47,136 bases of DNA from Chiloscyllium plagiosum (taxonomy: Eukaryota), in assembly GCF_004010195.1 (NCBI RefSeq), contig NC_057756.1, forward strand, positions 4,980,050-5,027,185, read 5' to 3'. This document shows, in pieces, positions 36,548 to 47,136 of the stretch. The position numbers and the translations under genes were made by a program. The notes under the pieces were generated by a model. The model worked only from the letters and a program-made list of their open reading frames with translations. It had not been told where the DNA came from and did no database searches. Positions within the stretch are counted from its first letter, which is position 1. Each line of letters begins with the position of its first letter.

Positions 36548-39500
36548 CACTGTAAAACACTGGGGTACTATAATAGAGGGGACAGATGTATCACTGTGTA
36601 ACACTGGGGTACGGTATTGTTGGGGACAGGTCTGTGACTGTGTAACACTGGGGTACTGTAATGGTGGGGACAGGTCTGTCACTGTATAACACTGGGGTAC
36701 AGTACTGGTGGGGACAGGTCTGTCACTGTGTAACACTGGGGTATGGTATTGGTGGGGACAGGTCTGTCACTGTGTAACACTGGGGTACCGTACTGGTGGG
36801 GACAGGTCTGTCACTGTGTAACACTGGGGTACAGTACTGGTGGGTACAGGTCTGTCACTGTGTAACACTGGGGTACAGTACTGGTGAGGACAGATCTGTC
36901 ACTGTGTAACACTGGGGTACAGTACTGGTGGGGACAGGTCAGTCCCTGTATAACACTGGGGTACAGTACTGTTGGGGACAGGTCAGTCCCTGTATAACAC
37001 TGGGGTACAGTACTGGTGGGGACAGGTCAGTCCCTGTATAACACTGGGGTACAGTACTGTTGGGGACAGGTCAGTCCCTGTGTAACACTGGGGTACAGTA
37101 CCGGTGGAGACAGGTCTGTCACTGTATAACACAGGGGTACAGGTCTGGTGGGGACAGGTCTGTCTCTGTGTAAATCTGGGGTACAGTACTGGTGGGGAGA
37201 GGTCAGTCACTGTATAACACAGGGGTACAGTACTGGTGGACACAGGTCTGTCAGTGTATAACCCTGGGGCATTGTACAGGTGGGGACAGGTCTGTCACTG
37301 TATAACACTGGGGTACAGTACTGGTGGGGCTAGGTCTGTCTCTGTGTAACACTGGGGTACAGTACTGTTGTGACAGTTCTATCGCTGTATCACACTGGGA
37401 TACAGTATTGATGGGGACAGGTCTGTCACTGTGTAACACTTTGGTACAGTACTGGTGGGGACAGGTCTGTCTCTGTATAACACTGGTGTACAGTACTGTT
37501 GGGAAAGGTCTGTCACTGTGTACTGGGGTACAGTACTGATGGGGATAGGTCTGTCACTGTGTAACACTGGGGTACAGTATTGGTGGACACAGGCCTGTCA
37601 CTGTGTAACACTGGGGTACAGTACTGGTGGGGCTAGGTCTGTCTCTGTGTAACACTGGGGTACAGTATTGGTGGGGACTGGTCTGTCACTGTGTACTGGG
37701 GTACAGTACTAGTGGGGACAGGTCTGTCACTGTGTAACACTGGGGTACAGTACTGGTGGGGACAGGTCTGTCACTGTGTAACGCTGGGGTACAGCGCTGG
37801 TGGAGACAAGTCTGTCACTGTATAACACTGGTGTACAATACTGGAGGGTACAGGTCTGTCACTGTATGACACTGGGGCAGTGCACTGGTGGGGACAGGTC
37901 TGTTACTGTATAACAGTGGGGTACAGTACAAGTGAGGACATGTCTGTCACTGTGTAACACTGGCGTACAGCACTGGTGGAGACAGGTCTGTCACTGTATA
38001 TCACTGCAGCACAGTACTGGTGGAGACATGCCTGTTACTGTGTTACACTGGGGTACCGTACTGGTGGGGACAGGTCTGTCACTGTGTAATACTGGGATAC
38101 AGTACTGGTGGGGACAGGTCTATCACTTTATAACACTGGGGAACAGTACTGGTGGGAACAGGTCTGTCACTGTGTAACACTGGGGTACAGTACTGGTGGG
38201 GACAGGTCTGTCACTGTATAACACTGGGGTACAGTGCTGGTGGAGACATGTCTGTTACTGTGTAACACTGGGGAACAGTACTGGTGGGGACAGGTCTGTC
38301 ACTGTATAACACTGGGGAACAGTACTGGTGGGGACAGGTCTGTCACTGAATAACACTGGGGTACAGTACTGGTGGGACAGTTCCGTCGCTGTATAACACT
38401 GGGATACAGTACTGGAGGGTACAGGTCTGTCACTGTATAACACCGGGGAACAGTACTGGTGGGGACAGGTCTGTCACTGTGTAACACTGGGATACAGTAC
38501 TGGAGGGTACAGGTCTGTCACTGTATAACACTGGGGAACAGTACTGGTGGGGACAGGTCTGTCACTGTCTAACACTGGGGTGCAGTGCTGTTGGAGACAT
38601 GTCTGTTACTATGTAACACTGGGATACAGTACTGGTGGGGACAGGTCTGTCATTTGTATATCACTGGGGAACAGTACTGGTGGGCACAGGTCAGTTACTG
38701 TATAACACTTTGGCAAATACTGGTGGGGACAGGTCTGTCACTGAATAACACTAGGATACCGTACTGGTGGGACAGGTCCGTCGCTGTATAACACTGGGGT
38801 ACTGTACTGGTGGGGACAGGTCTGTCACTGTGTAACACTGGGGTACCGTACTGGTGGGGACAGGTCTGTCACTGTGTAACACTGGGGTACAGTACTGGTG
38901 GGCACAGGTCTGTCACTGTGTAACACTGGGGAACAGTATTGGAGAGTACAGGTCAGTCACTGTATAACACTAGGGCACAGTACAGGTGGGGACAGGTCAG
39001 TCACTGTATAACACTGTGGTGCATTACTTGTGTGGACAGGTCTGTCACTGTGTAACACTGTGGCAAGGTACTGTTGTGGCCAGGTCTGTCACTGTGTAAC
39101 AGTGGGGTACAGTACTGGTGGACACAGGTCAGTCACTGTATAACAGTGGGGTACAGTACTGGTGGACACAGGTCAGTCACTGTATAACACTGGGGTACAG
39201 TACTGGTGGGGACAGGTCTGTCACTGTGTACAGGGGTACAGTACTGGTGCGGACAGATTCAACGCTGTGTAACACGGGTACAGTACTGGTGGGGACAGGT
39301 CTGTCACTGTGTAACACTGGGGTACAGTACTGGTGGGGACAGGTCTGTCCCTGTATAACACTGGGGTACAGTACTGGTGGGGACAGGTCTGTCACTGTGT
39401 ATAGGGGTACAGTACTGTTGGGGACAGGTCTGTCAGTGTATAACACTGGGGTACAGTACTGGTGGGGACAGGTCTTTCACTGTATAACACTGGGGTACAG

Positions 39501-39935
39501 TAAAGGTGGATACAGGTCTGTCAGTGTATAACACTGGGGTACAGTAAAGGTGGGGACAGGTCTGTCACTGTTTACTGGGGTACAGCACTGGGGGGGACAG
39601 GTCTTTTGCTGTATAACATTGGGGTACAGTACTGGTGGGGACAGGTCTGTCACTGTGTAACACTGGGGTACAGTACTGGTGGGGACAGGTCTGTCACTGT
39701 ATAACACTGGGGTACAGTACTGGTGGGGACAGGTCTGTCACTGTATAACACTGGGGTACAGTACTGGTGGGGACAGGTCTGTCACTGTGTAACACTGGGG
39801 TACAGTACTGGTGGGGACAGGTCTGTCACTGTATAACACTGGGTTCAGTACAGGTGGGGACAGGTCTGTCACTGTATAACACTGGCGTACAGTACCGGTG
39901 GGGACAGGTCTGTCTCTGTATAACACTGGGTTCAG
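36548..39935. repeat. 44-bp tandem satellite, about 77 copies
   Basis: Unit CACTGGGGTACAGTACTGGTGGGGACAGGTCTGTCACTGT(G/A)TAA. Confidence 0.97.
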
Positions 39936-40134
39936 TCATCGCTTCTCAGGGAATGGGTATGGTGGAGAAGGCAGGCCGTGCATGGGTGCCACAACAGGTT
40001 GGGAAATTGTACCCATTGTTCAGGCCTCAGTGTGTTACTGGATTCAGCCCAACGGGCTCGCCCACCTGATGCAGTGATCCCGGGTTGTGAATCCCTTCCC
40101 TGATCCCAATTCACTGAACGGCAAGGGTTTTTCA

Positions 40135-40445
40135 GGTTAATTTCCCTACAGTATGGAATCAGGCCCTTCGGCCCAACAAACCCACACTGAACCTCTGAAG
40201 ATTAACCCATCCAGACCCATTCCCTTACATTTACCCCTGACTAACGCGTCTAAAACTATCGGCAATTTAACACGGCCAATTCACCTGACCTGCACGTCTT
40301 TGGATTGTTGGAGGAAATCGGAGCACCCGGAGGAAACCCAAGCAGTCATGGGGAGAACGTGCAAACTCCACACAGACAGTCGCCAGCGGCTGGAATCGAA
40401 CCCGGGTGCTGTGAGGCAGCAGTGCTAACCACTGAGCTACCAGGC
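40135..40445 (-). mobile_element. HE1-type SINE
   Basis: Same core and head as the other copies. Confidence 0.85.
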
Positions 40446-41164
40446 CCCTCCATCCTCTGGCACCAACTGGGTGTGGGCACGATCTGGTAAATGAACACTT
40501 TGGCAGACGACCCCCACCCTCCAGGGAGGATGGAGCTGCACTGGACGAGATGCCGAGGAGATCCTTCAAGATATCCACCTGTCCATCCTGTGATGGAATG
40601 GTTTAGCGATGAGGACAGGCTGCATAAGCGCAGGGCATTGTCCTTCGAGCAGAGGAACCTGATAGAGGTGTGGTAAGGTCATAGGGGGATGGACAGCCGC
40701 TGAGTTGAAGGGTCAGTAATGGCGCACGGGGGTGGTTAATCTTGAAAGTGAAAGGCAGCAGGTTTCGAGGGGAATTGAGGAAAACCTTTCAACTCAGAGG
40801 TTCTTCGGGAGTTTGGCATGCACTGCCTAGGAAGGTGGCTGAGCCAGGAAACATCACAACCCTTACACAGTACGTGGGTGAGCCATTGAAGTGTCATAAC
40901 ATACATGGCTCTGGGCCTAATGCAGGAAAGTGGGGCGAGTGTCGATACCTTTGGTGGTTCAGACTCAATAGGCTAAAGCACTGTATTCTTCAATGATCAG
41001 TGATGAACTAACTCCTCAGAGGCTGGCGTCACATCCCCAAGTCCCCCTTTTATTCACACCCGGAGAGTGGTCCACACTGACCCAGCACCCTCAGAGCCAG
41101 CTGTGAGAGTGAACAGAATCTCTGACCCTCCTCTTCCTATCTGTCAGCCAGAGACCCTCAAATG

Positions 41165-41660
41165 ATAAGACCATGAGACAATAAGACATAGGAGCAGAAA
41201 TTTGGCCATTCGGCCCATCGTGTCCGCTCCGACATTCAATCATATCTGATAACTTTCTCAACCCCATTCTCCCGCTTTCTCCCCCTGACCCTTCACCCCC
41301 TTGATACTCAGGAACCTATCCATCTCAGTCTTAAATATACTCAATGATCTGACCCTCACAGCCTTCGGTGGCAGTGAATCTCACAGATTCCCCACTCTCT
41401 GGCTGAAGAAGTTTCTCCTTATCCGTCCTAAAAGGTCTTCCCTTTATCCTAAGGCTGTTCCCTTGGGTCCGAGTCTCTCCTCCCAATGGAAACATCTTCC
41501 CAACATCCACTCTGTCCAGGCCATTCAATCACAGCGCCCCTCATCCTTCTAAACTCTATTGAGTCCTCAACTGTTCCTCATTTATTAAGCTTTTCACTCC
41601 TGGAACCATTCTCATGAATCTCCTCTGAACCCGCTCCAGGGTCAGTATATCCAGAGCTGA
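41165..41660 (-). mobile_element. CR1-family 3' end
   Basis: GLDRVDVGKMFPLGGETRTQGNSLRIKGRPFRT; (ataagacc)-type tail. Confidence 0.85.
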
Positions 41661-42664
41661 TAGAACTTCGGAACTACGTTGGACCAGATTAAAAGCCAGG
41701 GCTCTCTGATTGGACCAGATTAAAAACCAGGGCTCTTTGATTGAACTAGGTTAACAGCCAGGGCTCCCTGATTGGACCAGGTTAACAGCCAGTGCTCCCT
41801 GATTGGACAGGGCTAACAGCCAGTGCTCCCTGATTGGACAGGGCTAACAGACAGGGCTCCCTGATTGGACTGGGCTAACAGCCAGTGCTCCCTGATTGGA
41901 CCGGGTGAACATACAGGGCTCCCTGATTAGACCGGGTTAACAGCCAGGGCTCCCTGATTGGTCCGGGTTAACAGCCAGGGCTCCCTGATTGGACCGGTCT
42001 AACAGCCAGGACTCCCTGATTGGACTGGGTTGACAGCCAGGACTCCCTGATTGGACCGGGTTAACAGCCAGGGCTCCCTGATTGGACTGGGTTAACAGCC
42101 CGGGCTCCCTGATTGGACTGGGTTAACAGCCCGGGCTCCCTGATTGGACCGGGCTAATGGCCAGGGCGCCCTGATTGGACCGTGCTAATGGCAAGGGATC
42201 CCTGACTAGGCCGGGTTAACAGCCCGGGCTCCCTGATTGGACTGGGTTAACAGCCAGGGGTCCCTGATTGGACTGGGTTAACAGCCCGGGCTCCCTGATT
42301 GGACTGGGTTAACAGCCAGGACTCCCTGATTGGACCGGGTTAACAGCCAGGGCTCCCTGATTGGACTGGGTTAGCAGCCCAGGCTTCCTGATTGGACTGG
42401 GTTAACAGCCCAGGCCCCCTGATTGGACTGGGCTAATGGCCAGGGCTCCCTGATTGGACCGGGCTAATGGCCAGGGCTCCCTGATTGGACCGGGTTAACA
42501 GCCCGGGCTCCCTGATTGGACCGGGTTAACAGCCAGGGCTCCCTGATTGGACCGGATTAACAGCCAGGACTCCCTGATTGGACCAGGTTAACAACCACGG
42601 GTCCCTGATTGGACTGGGTTAACAGCCAGGACACCCTGATTGGACCAGGTTAACAGCCAGGGAT

Positions 42665-42888
42665 AAAGTGAGGACTGCAGATGCTGGAGATCAGAGCTGA
42701 AAATGTGTTGTTGGAAAAGCGCAGCAGGTCAGGCAGCATCCAAGGAGCAGGAAAATCGATGTTTCGGGCAAGAGCCCTTCTTCAGGAAGAAGCCCTTCCT
42801 GAAGAAGGGCTCTTGCCCGAAACGTCGATTCGCCTGCTCCTTGGATGTTGCCTGACCTGCTGCGCTTTTCCAGCAACACATTTTCAGC
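42665..42888. mobile_element. Palindromic non-autonomous PLE insertion (P4) with a hammerhead motif on each strand
   Basis: Inverted arms around 42789-42795; TSD-like taacagccagggat / tagcaaccagggat (42651-42664, 42889-42902). Motifs at 42758-42785 (-) and 42799-42826 (+). Confidence 0.9.
42799..42826 (+). ncRNA. Minimal type I hammerhead ribozyme motif, intact core
   Basis: CTGAAGA A GGGC TCTT GCCC GAAA C GTC. Confidence 0.8.
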
Positions 42889-43471
42889 TAGCAACCAGGG
42901 ATCCCTGATTGGACCGGGTTAGCCGTTCCAATCTGGAAACTCATATTCTATGAGCTCCATCAGGCTGACCTCATTATAATTAGTATAGTGTTTGTTTTGC
43001 CAACAAGGAGTGCCACCTTTGGAGAACTGGAGATAAAAGCTATTCATGCCTTTCCAAGAAAGCACACCTTATCACCGATTCCAACAATGAATGATGAATA
43101 ATATTGATTTGTACCGTCTGGAATGCATTTAACATTTTCTGGGTTTTCCCTCTGGCCTCAAAGTGTTTGCTGGGTTTCTACAATAAAAGAGCAAATCTGT
43201 GTCTCTCAGCAGAGCACCAAGTCACCTTATTAATTTTGCTCCATTTACAGCCGCACTATAAACCTTTCATACTCGATAACGTTTTCAGTGAGACATTGAG
43301 TTGGAGGTGTCATTGCAAGTTTTTGTAGATAGCTGCTCATTTTAATTCTGCTCAACTTGTACCAGAACGATACATCAATAAAAAGACCTGGAGAGACTCC
43401 ATGGGAAAAAAAAGTCTGTTCTTTTCCCAGGTAATTTGGAAAAGTTAGATCCCGGAGTTAGGCCTGACTTG

Positions 43472-43842
43472 ACACTTCAACCCCAGGGCATCAATGTGGA
43501 CTTCAACAGTTTCCTCATTTCCCCTTCCCCCACCTCACCCTAGTTCTAAACTCCCAGCTCAGCACTGTCCCCATGACTTGTCCGGACTTGTCCTACCTGC
43601 CTATCTCCTTTTCCACCTATCCACTCCACCCTCTCCTCCCTGACCTATCACCTTCATCTCCTCCCCTACTCACCCATTGTACTCTATGCTACTTTCTCCC
43701 CACCCCCACCCTCCTCTAGCTTATCTCTCCACACTTCAGGCTCACTGCCTTTATTCCTGATGAAGGGCTTTTGCCCGAAACGTCGATTTCGAAGCTCCTT
43801 GGATGCTGCCTGAACTGCTGTGCTCTTCCAGCACCACTAATT
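43472..43842 (+). mobile_element. Neptune-type PLE 3' end / pseudo-LTR
   Basis: TLQPQGINVDFNSF ORF end, pyrimidine-rich UTR and hammerhead. Confidence 0.85.
43757..43784 (+). ncRNA. Minimal type I hammerhead ribozyme motif, intact core
   Basis: CTGATGA A GGGC TTTT GCCC GAAA C GTC. Confidence 0.8.
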
Positions 43843-43940
43843 GAGAGATCACGAGCCTTATTTGTTTACCATGGAGGTCAGTCACTGAACATACTTACAA
43901 GAGGCTACCAGTATACATTTAATAAAAGGGAACGGCATTT

Positions 43941-44429
43941 AAAGTCTGTGTGAAGATTTGTAGCTCGGGTGCTCGTTGTTGTGGTTCTGTTCGCCGAGCT
44001 GGGAATTTGTGTTGCGGATGTTTCGTCCTCTGTCTAGGTGACATCCTCAGTGCTTGGGAGCCTCCTGTGAAGCGCTTCTGTATCTTTCCTCTGGCATTTG
44101 TAGTGGTTTGAATCTGCCGCCTCCGGTTATCAGTTCCAGCTGTCCGCTGCAGTGGTCGGTATATTGGGCTCAGGTCGATGTGCTTATTGATTGAATCTGT
44201 GGATGAGTGCCATACCTCTAGGAATTCCCTGGCTGTTCTCTGTTCCCTGGCACTCATCCACAGATTCAATCAATAAGCACATCGACCTGAGCCCAATATA
44301 CCGACCACTGCAGCAGACAGCTGGAACTGATAACCGGAAGCAGCAGATTCAAACCACTATAAATGCCAGAGGAAAGATACAGAAGCGCTTCACAGGAGGC
44401 TCCCAAGCACTGAGGATGTCACCTAGACA
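43941..44429. mobile_element. Penelope-like element (probably Poseidon clade) with about 180-bp inverted arms (P5)
   Basis: QRTAREFLEVWHSSTDSINKHIDLSPIYRPLQR (GIY-YIG C-terminus); arms at about 44030-44212 and 44248-44430; TSD gggaacggcattt / gggaatggcattt (43928-43940, 44430-44442). Hammerhead CTGAGGA T GTC..GAC GAAA CATC at 44017-44050 (-). Confidence 0.9.
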
Positions 44430-44584
44430 GGGAATGGCATTTTTATTAAATTCAAAATGAAAAAAAAAAGCAATATTGGATTGTGCAAGAGACTCAAAAC
44501 AATCTCAATGCAACAATCAGTCATAAATATTTTGTTGTTTTACCTTCAACATTAACCTTATAGATATGTAAACCTCACAACAAA

Positions 44585-45860
44585 GTCATAGAGTCATAGA
44601 GCTGTAGAGCATGGTCATAGACCTTTCAGTCCAACTCATTCATGCCAAGTAGATATCCTAAATTAATTTGGTCCCATTTGTCAGCACTTGGCCCATATCC
44701 CTCTAAACCCTTCCTATTCATATACCCATCCAGATGCCTTTTGAATGCTGTCATTGTATCAAACTTCACCACTTCCTCTGACAGCTCATTCCATACACAC
44801 ACCACCCTCTGCGTGAAAAAGTTGCCCCTTCGTTCCTTTTTAAATCTTTCCCCTCTCACCCTAAACCTATGTGTCTATTTTTGGACTCTACCCACCCCAG
44901 GGAAAAGACTTTGTCTATTTACCCTATCCATGCCTCTCATGATTTTATAAACTGCTATAAGGTCACCTCCTCAGCCTTCAGCGCTCCAGGGAAAACAGCC
45001 CCAGCCTGTTCAGCCTCTCCCTGTAGCTCAAATCTTCCAATCCTGGCAACATCCTTGTAGATCTTTTCTGAACCCTTTCAAGTTTCACAACATACTTCAG
45101 GCAGGCAGGAGACCAGAATTGCACACAATATTCCAAAAGTGGTCTAACCAACATCCTTTAAGGCCACAACATGACCTCCCAATTCCTATACTCAATGCAC
45201 TGACTAATAAAGGAAAGTGTTCCAAACACCTTCTTCACTATCCTATCGACCTGAGACTCCACTTTCAAAGAGCTATGAACCCACACTCCAAGGTCTCTTT
45301 GCTCAGCAACTAATCATCACCTTAAAGCCCTATCCAAGCACCTTCATGATTTTATAAATCTCTATAAGGTCACCCCTCAGCCTCCAACGCTCCAGGGAAA
45401 ACAGCCCCAGCCTATTCAGCCTCTCGCTGCAGCTCAAACCCTCCAACCCTGGCAACATCCTTGTAAATCTTTTCTGAACCCTTTCAAGTTTCGACATCTT
45501 TTCGATAGGAAGGAGACCAGAATTGCGCGCAATATTCTAAAAGTGGCCTCACCAATGTCCTGTACAGCCACAACATGGCCCCCCCAACTCCTGTACTCAA
45601 TTGGGTTGGGGAATGGGTCTGGGTGGGATACTCTTTAGAGGTAAATCTTTGCTGTACCCTTTCAAGTTTCACAGTTTTCCTGTAGCAGGGAGACCAGAAT
45701 TAAACACAAATTCCAAACGTGGCCTAACCAACAGCCACATGACCTCCCAACTGCTATACTCAATGCTCTGACCTGCCTTCTTTACTATCCTATCGACCTG
45801 CGACTCCACTTTCAAGGAGCTATGAACCTGCATTCTCCAAGGTCTCTTTGTTCAGCAATC
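44585..45860 (-). mobile_element. CR1/HER1-type LINE 3' portion followed by two rearranged partial repeats of the same region
   Basis: The KLERVQ / RPLLEYC segment occurs three times (about 45060-45140, 45470-45560, 45650-45730). Confidence 0.85.
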
Positions 45861-46177
45861 CCTCTCCACCTTAAAGCTCCCTATTCAGATGATGCGGCCA
45901 TAGTTCTTTTCTGGAACTTTCTCCTTATTGACTTCTCAGCATGTTCGGAGTGGACAGGTGGGTTCAGTAGCAGTGTTTAGCTTTGACTGAATCCGCACAC
46001 ACCACCTGACTTTCTGGCCAGTCCTGAGAGACTGGACCCGCATCGTCAGTGAGCAGAGTTTGCTTTCTTCCTTCTATTCCATTTTCCTAATGCGTTGAAC
46101 TGTTCACCTCAATGCACGCACTCCTGAAAAATGCAGGCACCAACAAACATCCGACGCCCGCCACTGCTCTCAAAATA

Positions 46178-46410
46178 CCCACCCTAACCTACACATCACT
46201 GGGCACTATGGGACAATTTAGCACGGCCAATCCACCTTAACCTGCACATCCCTGGACACAATGGGACAATTTATCATGGACAATCCACATTAACCTGCAC
46301 ATCACTGGACACTATGGGCCAATTTAGCATGGATATCTGGTCGGCATGGACAGGTTGGACCGAAGGGTCTGTTTCCATGCTGTACGTCTCGATGACTCTA
46401 TGACTCTAAT
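46178..46410. mobile_element. SINE 53-bp units (-) fused to a CR1 tail (+)
   Basis: Three units, then ggatatctggtcggcatggac...tatgactct. Confidence 0.75.
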
Positions 46411-46589
46411 GCTGGCTTGCTCCATTCAAGTGCAATTGAAGTCTGAGGAGCTGGAGTTGAAATGAGAACACTTACTTCAGAGAACCATTTAACAGTGCCC
46501 GGTCAAAATATGTGTGCACGGAGATTGCTATCAAAGTAAGAGGTGCTCACCAATTCTCAGTAGGTTGTTAACACAGAGTCCCAGAAAAT

Positions 46590-46915
46590 ACCTGGGGACC
46601 CAGGCTCGAATCCTCCACACAGCTGATGGTGGAAATTGAACTCGATAAAAATGTCTGGAATTAAGATCACAAAGATAGGGAGGGGTGGAGGGAATTTGTA
46701 ATTAAGTGTCTAATGATGACCGTGAACACTTTGTCAACTGTTGGGAAAAACCCATCTGGTTCATGAGCGTCCTTCAGGGACAGAAACCGCCCTCCTTACC
46801 TGGTCTGGGCCTACATGAGACTCCACACCCACAGTGATGTGATTGGCTCTTAACTGCCCCCTGGGCAATTAAAGATGGGCAATGACTCCTGACGTGGTCA
46901 ATGATGCCCATAAAT
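46590..46915 (+). mobile_element. Second SINE-like family sharing its 3' tail with the second LINE family
   Basis: B-box-like ggctcgaatcc and a tail gggcaattaaagatgggcaa similar to 19388-19440 and 30224-30280. Confidence 0.55.
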
Positions 46916-47047
46916 CACATCCAGTAAGTCAATAAAAAAAAGCAAAGGTCTGAGCTCAAGCTTACTGCTCAATGAAGGATATCAGCGATGGACAGAAGAT
47001 GTGGGTAATAGAAATAGCTACCAGGACAGAGACAGGAAAAAGATACA

Positions 47048-47136
47048 GGAGCTGGAGGGGGTTACAGAGATAGGGAGGGGTGCAGGGGCTGGAGGGGGTT
47101 ACAGAGATGGGGAGGGGGTGTAGGGGCTGGAGGGGG
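47048..47136. repeat. G-rich about 38-bp minisatellite running off the window end
   Basis: gctggagggggttacagagat(a/g)gggagggggtg(c/t)agggg repeated. Confidence 0.85.

Larger units (their letters stand above)
41680..42920. repeat. 31-bp minisatellite, about 32 copies, most units carrying CTGATTGG (CCAAT box)
   Basis: Unit CTCCCTGATTGGAC(C/T)GGGTTAACAGCCAGGG. Confidence 0.95.
41004..42987 (-). mobile_element. Solo LTR, expanded by a minisatellite and interrupted by a CR1 (about 41165-41660) and PLE P4
   Basis: Reverse strand order: TATACTAATTATAATGAGGTCAGCC start, CCAAT box region, decayed TATA-position sequence, AATAAA (about 41049-41054), ...AGTTCA end. Confidence 0.65.

Noticed and set aside
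36404..40069. Repetitive Cys-containing ORFs (PVPTSTVPQCYTVTDLSPP)
   Set aside because: Products of a 44-bp satellite; the unit is not a multiple of three and frames stop regularly.
36548..42920. CRISPR-like regular repeats
   Set aside because: Units are contiguous with no unique spacers, there are no cas genes, and the DNA is eukaryotic.

Overview
Repeat-dense vertebrate DNA, almost certainly from a shark (inferred from HE1-type SINEs and HER1/CR1-type LINEs). It has three assembly gaps (12895-13825, 15496-15565, 16724-16765). Most of the window is nested retroelement debris: CR1 LINE fragments, tRNA-derived SINEs, two clades of Penelope-like elements (PLEs), a Rex1-like tail, two LTR relics, microsatellites, a 44-bp satellite and a 31-bp minisatellite. 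Nearly all ORFs in the supplied track are repeat-derived. The only convincing host coding sequence is one 117-nt minus-strand exon (8132-8248) encoding the first half of a Ly6/uPAR (three-finger) domain; the ORF track does not show it in this frame. The most notable structure is a set of more than a dozen minimal hammerhead-ribozyme motifs (CTGAnGA-stem-GAAAC-GTC) carried by PLE termini. Several sit in short (about 180-290 bp), TSD-flanked, non-coding palindromic insertions with one ribozyme on each strand. Two of these have the same end points but reverse-complemented central loops. All calls are by eye; no database search or folding was run.
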